Shown: positions 18,048-25,266, counted from the first letter of the stretch. The stretch: DNA of 30,414 nt from a virus (IMGVR_UViG_3300012665_001404:1-30414); one strand, 5' to 3'. The notes: a model not told the origin generated them from the letters alone. Numbers and translations: made by a program.

Positions 18048-18278
18048 TTATATTCTTGTGTGGTTATACTCGTATAATGCTGAATCAAAAGTGGGCAAGT
18101 CCATCCACTCACCAAATTCACCCACTACATCCCGGAGGTGTTGAGGGTAGTAAAGGTAACTTTGGCGAATGTGTGACGCTCCGATTTGCTTGGCGTACTC
18201 AAAGACCGCATTCATATCAATCCAAGGATCTTCGCAATGAAAGTCACAATTGTCTATCTTAAAATCAAAGTATTGCAT
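18048..18278 (-). CDS. Hypothetical protein
   Basis: 76 aa, AAAACT-ATG context. Confidence 0.6.
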   Translation of the reverse strand: MQYFDFKIDNCDFHCEDPWIDMNAVFEYAKQIGASHIRQSYLYYPQHLRDVVGEFGEWMDLPTFDSALYEYNHTRI

Positions 18279-18282
18279 AGTT

Positions 18283-18615
18283 TTATAGGTTAGTTAGGAT
18301 GGTTTGGGCAAAGACGCATTGAATAGCATCGTGTAGTGAGTTGAATACCTCATTAAGGGTTTCTACATTGTGATACTCTCTGTCAAGGATGACTTGATAA
18401 GTTCGGTACTCTTCGTTGTAGCCGTTGTCTTCGAAGGAGTTCGGCAAGAAGATAAGATAGGACTCACCATTAATAGTGATTTCGATGGACGCACATTGGT
18501 CATTGTGATAAGTGGAGTCAGACACCGAATAATTATCGGTGTGCTTGTCTAACATCTCTTTCGCTTTCTGAATGTGAGCGTCAATGTAGGGCTTGGAAAA
18601 GAATAAGTTGCTCAT
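18283..18615 (-). CDS. Hypothetical protein
   Basis: 110 aa; SYHND-like STYHNDQCASI motif; TAATG coupling. Confidence 0.65.
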   Translation of the reverse strand: MSNLFFSKPYIDAHIQKAKEMLDKHTDNYSVSDSTYHNDQCASIEITINGESYLIFLPNSFEDNGYNEEYRTYQVILDREYHNVETLNEVFNSLHDAIQCVFAQTILTNL

Positions 18616-18839
18616 TAGTCAAGGGGTGAGGTTAGGATATCAAAAAACCAAATGATAAGGATGACAAACAAAAGGAAGGTTACGCATAACATAACATCCG
18701 ACCTCATAATGGGTAGCAAGTTTGACCCTGTGATGATAGCAAACAGGGCTGAAAAAATGACATTCAAGAAAAGGGTGGTAAGGGCTGACATAAAGACAAG
18801 ACCCACCAGGCGTGCTGATTTTTTGGCTATGGTTTTCAT
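18615..18839 (-). CDS. Two-TM membrane protein
   Basis: Two long hydrophobic stretches in 74 aa. Confidence 0.65.
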   Translation of the reverse strand: MKTIAKKSARLVGLVFMSALTTLFLNVIFSALFAIITGSNLLPIMRSDVMLCVTFLLFVILIIWFFDILTSPLD

Positions 18840-18854
18840 ATGTAGTTTGATTAT

Positions 18855-18900
18855 TGGAAGGCGAGAGGGGAGTCGAACCCCTCTGATTCCGTTTCGCCTT
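18855..18900 (-). ncRNA. tRNA-like minihelix (acceptor stem + T arm + CCA)
   Basis: Minus strand AAGGCGA-AACGGAATCAG-AGGGG-TTCGACT-CCCCT-C-TCGCCTT-CCA. Confidence 0.55.
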
Positions 18901-18914
18901 GGGTCTCCGATCGA

Positions 18915-19313
18915 TTACTCACCTACTACTTCTAATAGACGAGCCTCCACATCCTTGATGATTTCATCGGTGGACATATTACTGCAACGGAGGGCAAAGG
19001 CAATGATACGCTCAAGACGAGCCTCGAACATAGCCCGACCTTTGGGGGTGTTGATTAACTTGAGTTTCGCCTCGGCTTGAATGCTCATCTTTGTATCCCA
19101 TAGGGTAACGCCATTGGCTTCCATACGGATGTTGAAAGGCTCGGTTGCCTTGAAGCATTTAGAACCCACGGCTCGCAGGGTATCGTAGTAATCAAAGAAA
19201 CGATACACCAAGGCTTTCTGTACTTTGGCGTTAGACTTTTGGCTTGAGGTCTCAAGGTCGAAATTGATGAACGAGCCATTGTTGGCGATGCGGATTGATG
19301 TTGTTTTGGTCAT
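18915..19313 (-). CDS. Hypothetical protein, first gene of the early operon
   Basis: 132 aa; first ORF downstream of the non-coding region. Confidence 0.7.
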   Translation of the reverse strand: MTKTTSIRIANNGSFINFDLETSSQKSNAKVQKALVYRFFDYYDTLRAVGSKCFKATEPFNIRMEANGVTLWDTKMSIQAEAKLKLINTPKGRAMFEARLERIIAFALRCSNMSTDEIIKDVEARLLEVVGE

Positions 19314-19760
19314 ATGTATATTATTAAGGTTTGGCTATCTATGGTCTGACACGACAGACTGCACCCCATAGGTCAAAGGCTACGGATGGCATAGATAGTT
19401 TTGATGCACCTTATTTTTTCGAGTTCTCACCCTTGTGGGGCGGTGGACTCTACATAGTGTGATTGGACGGCTTTTGGCTCGCCACTTACACGCAATCGGA
19501 TGTCTCCCCGACTACTTACACACGCCTCATTGACTTGGTCACGAGAGGCTCGCCACGACACTCTATTTTGCAGTCGCTCTCAAAGAGGCCATAGTTCTTC
19601 CACTACCTCAATTGGATGGCATTGGACAGCTGGTGTCCAAATAATTAGACGTTGTGTAGTAAACCCTCAAACGTCCAATGAATATGGGGGGATAAATTTA
19701 ACTTTCTTTTTCGTGTTGTGTTGTGTTGTTAGTTGGATGCCGTTTCGTTGTTGAACGATG

Positions 19761-19792
19761 CAAAGATGGGGGTAAGAGTTGGTATATGCAAA
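19761..19792 (-). promoter_or_regulatory. Putative main early promoter
   Basis: Minus strand TTTG-N20-CATCTTTG; one mismatch to the Bacteroidota -33/-7 consensus, correct spacing. Confidence 0.55.
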
Positions 19793-19828
19793 TCGCTGAT
19801 AATCAATGAGTTAAGCGTTTTTTGAGAA

Positions 19829-19981
19829 TTGTAAGTTGTTGAATTTCAATGAGTTAATCGAGTTATTTAGAATCATTCTACGGAAAAAAAATAATTTGTT
19901 TGTTGGAACAAATGTGGCAAAAATGCAATTTGTAAGTGATTAAAAATCAATGAGTTAATGTGGTTATTTAGAATCATTATA
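19829..19981. repeat. ~52-bp imperfect direct repeat x2 (19829-19880, 19930-19981)
   Basis: TTGTAAGT..TT.AA..TCAATGAGTTAAT...GTTATTTAGAATCATT.TA; period 101 bp. Confidence 0.85.
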
Positions 19982-20067
19982 AATTTGTTTTGATAAGTTT
20001 CGAAGTTGCGAAATGGGAGCAAAAAGGCGAAAAAATAAATTTGCATCGTGTTGAAAAAAACCGTTAC

Positions 20068-20303
20068 TGCGTGCGTGTGCGTGCGCTATGCGTGCGTCAT
20101 GCGAGCGTGTGATGTGCGTGATAAGGGATTTCGAGCGAATAAAAAAATTATTTGAGTAATTTAGAATCGTTCTAAATAACGAACGAAATTTTGAAATGCG
20201 AGGGAAAAAGCTTATGCGTGCGTGTGTGTGCGTATGCGTTGGCGTGTGTGCGTGATGCGTGCCTGCGTATGCGTGTACCCGTTCGGGCGAGCGTGTACAC
20301 ACG
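20068..20303. repeat. Two alternating purine-pyrimidine (GCGT/GTGT) tracts
   Basis: 20068-20120 and 20213-20303, e.g. TGCGTGCGTGTGCGTGCGC and TATGCGTGCGTGTGTGTGCGTATGCG. Confidence 0.85.
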
Positions 20304-20892
20304 AGGGTTTCGATTTCTTTTGTAACTTGTTGATAATCAATGAGATAGGGCAAAAGATCCGTTTAAATCGTTGATTATCAGCAATTTAGGGGGGGGCATT
20401 TTTTTTAATGCATCGTGAGACTTGAAAATGCGTTGTAACCTTCACCACTCGTACAAACTTTATTCTGCACAATAAACCAGGGGGGTTTATCATTATTTTT
20501 TTACTTTAGCAGGGGGGGGTGTTTTTATAACCCCGGTATATGTTATGTCGGCTTTATCAGTCAGTAGTATATTTTTTCGCATATAATGTCGGAGATATCA
20601 TACATATTATACCCGAACGCATATAATGTGTCTTATATGGCTCATTTCTGTACCCTTTTGGGTGTCTTAAAGCACATTATTGCACCATAATTGCACATTT
20701 TAATGGTTAAATGATCCCAAAATGGCACAAATTGCACAATATATTGGTTGTTTTTCACAAAAAAGGGGAATAAGGATTTTCAAACAAATGCCAGTAAGTA
20801 TGATTTAGTGGCAAAGTTGGTATAATACCGCTCGGTATAAAATTAAGTTCCTAGGTGTAATACTCCTTACATATTACTGCTCGGTATAAATT

Positions 20893-20938
20893 AAAAAAGT
20901 CCCACGAGCAGATCTTACGGTATGCAGGTGGGAACTTT
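20893..20938 (-). terminator. Putative intrinsic terminator
   Basis: Minus strand AAAGTTCCCAC...GTGGGACTTTTTT; stem plus U-tract at the end of the - strand block. Confidence 0.55.
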
Positions 20939-20981
20939 CGGTCTAGGGAGACTATCCCTAGGGGGGTTCTTTACAAAGGTA

Positions 20982-21266
20982 CTATTTCCAAACTACTGAT
21001 ACATCGGCAGCTCGTACAATTATCTTATCCTTTCCCTCTATCTCTATGTGTTCTGCACTCCTTAGGAACATAAGGTTAACTGAGACCCGATCACCAACCT
21101 CGATACCTTCTACTTCTTCACCTACAGCGAATACTTCTAGTTGGCTCCATTTCTTCATCTGCTCATCCATCAGTTCCTTTTCTAGTGCGGAATTTACTTC
21201 TATCGCACTCTTTTTGATTTCTGGGGGGCTTAATAGTAAGCGTGGCCCTCTTACAATATATTTCAT
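20982..21266 (-). CDS. GroES/Cpn10-like co-chaperonin
   Basis: RGPRLLL...VFAVGEEVEGIEVGDRV...IEGKDKIIVRAADV. Confidence 0.75.
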   Translation of the reverse strand: MKYIVRGPRLLLSPPEIKKSAIEVNSALEKELMDEQMKKWSQLEVFAVGEEVEGIEVGDRVSVNLMFLRSAEHIEIEGKDKIIVRAADVSVVWK

Positions 21267-21272
21267 AGTTTT

Positions 21273-21410
21273 TTAATAATTCTCATTTAAGTAGTCAGCA
21301 CAAAGCCTAGCCGCATATTCTAAATCAAACGAGGCGAATAGTTCCTGATTGTAATAGACTCGCCATACAATTACTTCGTTAACCGTTGCACTAACTACTC
21401 TGGCGTTCAT
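21273..21410 (-). CDS. Small hypothetical protein (45 aa, not in the ORF track)
   Basis: MNARVVSATVNEVIVWRVYYNQELFASFDLEYAARLCADYLNENY; ATGA-coupled. Confidence 0.6.
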   Translation of the reverse strand: MNARVVSATVNEVIVWRVYYNQELFASFDLEYAARLCADYLNENY

Positions 21411-21634
21411 AGATTAAACAATAGTCCTTCCTCATTGAGGATTTCATACAACTTGCTTCTTGTATCCTTGAGGGCTTTGTGGTATTCATCGTGCATTGAG
21501 TCTGGGGCATATTTAATCTGAGACCGTAAGTGTTGGTCTAAATCCCACGCTAGGCTATACCACTTGGCTGCATCAACAGCTAGAGTAAACTCATTGTTGT
21601 CCTCTGGTAAGTTGAATTCTAATATTGCTTTCAT
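21407..21634 (-). CDS. Phage hypothetical protein
   Basis: MKAILEFNLPED start; 75 aa. Confidence 0.7.
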   Translation of the reverse strand: MKAILEFNLPEDNNEFTLAVDAAKWYSLAWDLDQHLRSQIKYAPDSMHDEYHKALKDTRSKLYEILNEEGLLFNL

Positions 21635-21638
21635 TTTG

Positions 21639-21711
21639 AGCCACCTGTCGGATTCGAACCAACGACCATCTGATTACAAATCAGAAGCTCTACCAACTGA
21701 GCTAAGGTGGC
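21639..21711 (-). tRNA. tRNA-Thr(TGT)
   Basis: GCCACCT acceptor, D arm GCTCAGTTGGTAGAGC, anticodon arm TCTGA-TTTGTAA-TCAGA, T loop TTCGAAT; CCA not encoded. Confidence 0.93.
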
Positions 21712-21718
21712 GTAGGCA

Positions 21719-21937
21719 TTAAGCCTTTTCCCAAGTACCCTCGTTTTCGATTACGCTTTCGCCTACGAAAACATAGATTTTGGTGATACCTTCTTCAGTT
21801 TCTTTGTTGAAGATGATACCTGGTTTGTCAGAGTACTCGCTTGTGGGACGAGCAGTTGGAATTGTTTCACACAATTCAGCCATGTTCTCCAAGGTTACCT
21901 CAATGGCACCTGTGGTTTCTTTTTTAGTTTTAGCCAT
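21719..21937 (-). CDS. Hypothetical protein
   Basis: 72 aa. Confidence 0.6.
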   Translation of the reverse strand: MAKTKKETTGAIEVTLENMAELCETIPTARPTSEYSDKPGIIFNKETEEGITKIYVFVGESVIENEGTWEKA

Positions 21938-21941
21938 ATTC

Positions 21942-22211
21942 TTAATTTTTATTGATGGGTTGTTCTACTTGTTTGTGTTTCATTACTTCCATTATGGCGT
22001 ATACGTCAGTCATAGAAATATTCGTTGTTCTGAGGCCGTCCCCTGTCTCCACATAATTGATAGCATCTTCTACCGTATTCGCATCCACAGGATAGTTTTC
22101 CATCTGACCTTTCTTGTTGATCTCAAGGAGTTCCTCCATCGGTTTTTTAGAAGCCCAAACGAAAGTCTTCATATACCTGAGATAACGCTTTTTGTCAATT
22201 GCTTGTTTCAT
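21942..22211 (-). CDS. Hypothetical protein
   Basis: 89 aa; TATATTTG at 22221-22228 (-) just upstream. Confidence 0.65.
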   Translation of the reverse strand: MKQAIDKKRYLRYMKTFVWASKKPMEELLEINKKGQMENYPVDANTVEDAINYVETGDGLRTTNISMTDVYAIMEVMKHKQVEQPINKN

Positions 22212-23127
22212 CTATGGTTGCAAATATACGATAAGCAATTTGTGGTACAATGGCGTTACCATAACCCATTATGGATTGTTTTCTCCAGTTAGGAAAGGTA
22301 AGTCCGTCCAATTGGTCGGGAAGCCCATCATCTCCGCTACAAAGTGGGGATTGAGTTGGGAACCAGGCCCAAGCCTCGGATGGTCCACCTTGTTGGGAAC
22401 AAACATTGTCATCTGTCTTAAAGTCATCTGGAGATTTACATTGTTCTCCTTGTGCCTCTGAGACCGAGCCAAGTATGTTTCGGGTTTCGTTGCTGTGTTC
22501 CAATCGTAACTGTTCGGAGTTGGCAATATCCCCCTCTTGTAAATGAACCCTGTCGCTACTTCCTGTGCTAAGGTCCCGGAGTTCCCGAACTTCTGTTCCT
22601 TCTTGCTCAAGTTCTCGCTGTATGCGTCCATCGCTGCTGGTGTCTTTAGCAACAAAGTAGAATCTATCTCGTTTGTGAGGAGCATTGATGCCGACAGCTG
22701 GTAGTAAAAACGCTTGGACTTCGTATCCTTCACTTTCCAAGTCAGAGAACACCTCTTCGAAAACCAATCCGTCCGACCAACTAGCGATTCCACGAACATT
22801 CTCCCCCACGACATAGCGTGGTTTGATTTCTCGGATCGCTCGGAGCATTTCGGGCCAAAGATGGCGATCATCTTCTTTTCCCATCCTTTTTCCTGCTGTG
22901 GAGAAGGGCTGGCAAGGAAATCCACCGGAGAGGACATCGATTTTTCCTCTCCAAATTCTAAAGTCAGTTGTCTTGATGTTGTCATAAGATTCGGCCTCAG
23001 GCCAATAAAAACTACATAATTTTCTACTAAAAGGATTGATATCACAATGAAACTTATTCTCCCATCCCATCCACTCCGCTGCTAAATCAAATCCTCCAAT
23101 CCCACTAAATAAACTACCGTGATTCAT
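22195..23127 (-). CDS. DNA (cytosine-5) methyltransferase, alpha-like chain
   Basis: Motifs I FSGIGG, IV GFPCQPFS, VI ENV, VIII PHKRDR, X GNAIVPQ; no motif IX in this frame. Confidence 0.9.
   Translation of the reverse strand: MNHGSLFSGIGGFDLAAEWMGWENKFHCDINPFSRKLCSFYWPEAESYDNIKTTDFRIWRGKIDVLSGGFPCQPFSTAGKRMGKEDDRHLWPEMLRAIREIKPRYVVGENVRGIASWSDGLVFEEVFSDLESEGYEVQAFLLPAVGINAPHKRDRFYFVAKDTSSDGRIQRELEQEGTEVRELRDLSTGSSDRVHLQEGDIANSEQLRLEHSNETRNILGSVSEAQGEQCKSPDDFKTDDNVCSQQGGPSEAWAWFPTQSPLCSGDDGLPDQLDGLTFPNWRKQSIMGYGNAIVPQIAYRIFATIDETSN
22269..22985 (-). CDS. Overlapping +1-frame ORF, methyltransferase beta-like chain
   Basis: Open frame of 258 codons nested in the MTase gene; LKTP/LPTP and LNPHFVAEMMGFPTNWT (motif IX-like); start uncertain (ATG 22985 or later). 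Confidence 0.65.
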   Translation of the reverse strand: MTTSRQLTLEFGEEKSMSSPVDFLASPSPQQEKGWEKKMIAIFGPKCSERSEKSNHAMSWGRMFVESLVGRTDWFSKRCSLTWKVKDTKSKRFYYQLSASMLLTNEIDSTLLLKTPAAMDAYSENLSKKEQKFGNSGTLAQEVATGFIYKRGILPTPNSYDWNTATKPETYLARSQRHKENNVNLQMTLRQMTMFVPNKVDHPRLGPGSQLNPHFVAEMMGFPTNWTDLPFLTGENNP

Positions 23128-23398
23128 GATATTCTCTTTTTAAGCGATCAGCAATCTCCAACGCTTTCTGGTATGTCTTCATCTCCGTCCTCTTCCCAAA
23201 CTCCCATTTCTGATGACATTGCATACAGTATAGCATCCAATTTTCGGGATGTTGCCTCAGACTCGGATAACTCCCTTTGGTAATGATATGTGAGATGAAC
23301 GCTGGACTGAATTGTGGTAGATGTAGTCCACATTCCTCGCATTGGTGTTTTTGTCGTGTTGACCACATATCCTTGTACCATTGGAGATCGCCTTTCAT
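23114..23398 (-). CDS. HNH/NinG-like Zn-finger nuclease
   Basis: CEECG...SHII...HPEN...CMQCH. Confidence 0.7.
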   Translation of the reverse strand: MKGDLQWYKDMWSTRQKHQCEECGLHLPQFSPAFISHIITKGSYPSLRQHPENWMLYCMQCHQKWEFGKRTEMKTYQKALEIADRLKREYHESR

Positions 23399-24378
23399 TA
23401 ACTGATTCTAAAAACTCTGGTACCGTTCTTATTCGGTCTCCAAGTTACTTTGGCTACTTCGCTATTGATAATCGAGGAGTTACCCATATGCGTCTTAATC
23501 ATATTGGCGTGTTCTCTCTTATCGTCTTCCAAAGCACTAATCTGAGACCCGATGTCCAAATAGTCCAAAATGTGTTGGTCAATCTCCGGTGTAGAAGCAA
23601 CAGTCTTATCTTCAGGATTGGAGAACCTCTCGTTCAAGTATTCGGCATAAGCCTCTGTACCATCTGGCGGTGGAGCATACTGATCGTAATCACCACCATT
23701 GGCGAATGCTTCACGACCTAACTCAACTCTTTTCCAAAACTCCGTGGTGATACTGATAATAGAACTGATAATCTCCTCATCAGCATCGTACTCGTGAACC
23801 TTGAAGTTTCTTCCATCTTCCAAAACAACCAAGTATCCCTTTGCAACACCAAGGCCCATCATATAAGTCTGAAGCTGCAAGTAATAGGATGGCGGTATTC
23901 CACCCTCCCATTGTTTGCTACTCCAACCGCTGATGGTCTTGATTTCAGCAATCGCATCCACGTTCTCCAAATTGATTGTAGAATTGCGAACACGGATGTC
24001 CTTGCTTACAATCAATCGGTCTGGAGAAAAGAACAAATGGGGGAACGATGGGTTAACAATATAACCTGTAGGTTCATAAAGATGTCTCTGTTTTAAACCT
24101 TTACGATAATTTTCAATCATTTTTGGCTCGTCATCTTGCCAATATTCGAAAATGTCCGCTACGGTCTGTTCCAAGATAGTACCCATAAACATTGGCATAT
24201 TTTCCACCTGTTTTTGTGGAATTACACCAATCTTTTGGTAGTACAACTCCGCTGGAGACTTCCACGAGTTAACACCCATCAGGGTCCCAATCTCAGAAGC
24301 ACCCAAACCCCTTTCACGGAAGTTTAGCCACTCCTGGTATTGCTCGTCTTTACTGATTCTTACTATCTCCAGTTTCAT
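23398..24378 (-). CDS. YqaJ-like (lambda-exonuclease family) recombination nuclease
   Basis: WLNFR..GLGASE, G..LE, SPD, EIKT, YYLQLQTYM. Confidence 0.9.
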   Translation of the reverse strand: MKLEIVRISKDEQYQEWLNFRERGLGASEIGTLMGVNSWKSPAELYYQKIGVIPQKQVENMPMFMGTILEQTVADIFEYWQDDEPKMIENYRKGLKQRHLYEPTGYIVNPSFPHLFFSPDRLIVSKDIRVRNSTINLENVDAIAEIKTISGWSSKQWEGGIPPSYYLQLQTYMMGLGVAKGYLVVLEDGRNFKVHEYDADEEIISSIISITTEFWKRVELGREAFANGGDYDQYAPPPDGTEAYAEYLNERFSNPEDKTVASTPEIDQHILDYLDIGSQISALEDDKREHANMIKTHMGNSSIINSEVAKVTWRPNKNGTRVFRIS

Positions 24379-24616
24379 CTCGCATTACCCATTTTTCAAA
24401 CTTCTCTGCTGTTTCCAAAGTAAATCTTTCGAAATCAGAAACTGTAAACTCTCCGCTTAATCTTGGTGCAATAATCTCAACGAAACTAAGTGCTGCCTTT
24501 AAACTCGACTGACGAATAATCGAAAGCTGTTCCTGCCCATAGTGTTTCATATGAGCAGGTTCAACTCTTTTTCCGATTTTTGTAGCGAGGGTCGTATTAC
24601 TAACTCCTCTTGGCAT
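24350..24616 (-). CDS. Hypothetical protein
   Basis: IIRQSSLKAA motif; lies between the SSB and exonuclease genes. Confidence 0.65.
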   Translation of the reverse strand: MPRGVSNTTLATKIGKRVEPAHMKHYGQEQLSIIRQSSLKAALSFVEIIAPRLSGEFTVSDFERFTLETAEKFEKWVMRDETGDSKNQ

Positions 24617-25266
24617 TAGAATGGTAGATCATTCTCTTCGTCAAATGAAGAACTTGAAGCCTCTTCATTTGGCTCTGGCATTAATTTCTGCCAATCTTGT
24701 TGTTCTACCTCACCGGCCATCATTTTGTTGGCAGCGGCAGCTTCTTGAACACGAGCATTGAATTCGTTAATCTTGTCCATACGGAAAGTCTCAACTTCAC
24801 TCCAGTCGATTGAAATCAACTCGCCCTTTTTGTTAAACACTTCTTCGGGATCAGGCATACCGTCACCTTTCTTAAATGCCCACTTCAAAGTCGAGCCATT
24901 CTGATTGATGAACAAAGCAGAACGCTTCTTACCGTCAATCTCTTTCAAAGACGGAATGAACTCAACTTTCTTCGTTGGATCAATGTTTGGAGAACAATGA
25001 GCCAAAGCGATGAAATACGAAGTCTGCTTAGCAGCTTGTCCTGGTTTCTCCTCACCTTTGATTCTAATTTGGAATTGGTACAACTTGTCATCCATCAAAT
25101 CAATGTTCAATACTTGGCCGTACTGTGTATCACGAGTACTCAAACCAACAATGTAACCCTCAATTGAATCGTACAATTCATACTTCTTTTCACCTAAATA
25201 CTTGGCAACTTTGCCTTCTCTAATTGTAAGGTACTCACGAGCACCTAATCCTTTGTTTAAACCCAT
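24616..25266 (-). CDS. Putative single-stranded DNA-binding protein
   Basis: Beta-rich body with acidic tail DEENDLPF; next to the exonuclease; start taken at ATG 25266 (MGLNKG), downstream of a TTG-N19-TATATTCG promoter-like site. Confidence 0.65.
   Translation of the reverse strand: MGLNKGLGAREYLTIREGKVAKYLGEKKYELYDSIEGYIVGLSTRDTQYGQVLNIDLMDDKLYQFQIRIKGEEKPGQAAKQTSYFIALAHCSPNIDPTKKVEFIPSLKEIDGKKRSALFINQNGSTLKWAFKKGDGMPDPEEVFNKKGELISIDWSEVETFRMDKINEFNARVQEAAAANKMMAGEVEQQDWQKLMPEPNEEASSSSFDEENDLPF

Noticed and set aside
19500-19754. 84-aa plus-strand ORF
   Set aside because: Antisense to the predicted early transcript and has no recognisable features
19964-20353. 129-aa minus-strand ORF (HAHT-rich)
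   Set aside because: Its composition is a by-product of the stop-free GCGT/GTGT tracts; no plausible coding context
20616-20643. dif/Xer-like 11-6-11 site (AACGCATATAA-TGTGTC-TTATATGGCTC)
   Set aside because: The right arm does not match TTATGTTAAAT; it is explained by two overlapping palindromes of the array; not fully excluded
20680-20760. DnaA boxes for the DnaA-IV-like protein
   Set aside because: Only loose GCACAA/TCACAA words; no TTATCCACA seen
19795-20890. CRISPR array or mini-array
   Set aside because: No constant repeat with regular unique spacers; the units are heterogeneous; no cas genes
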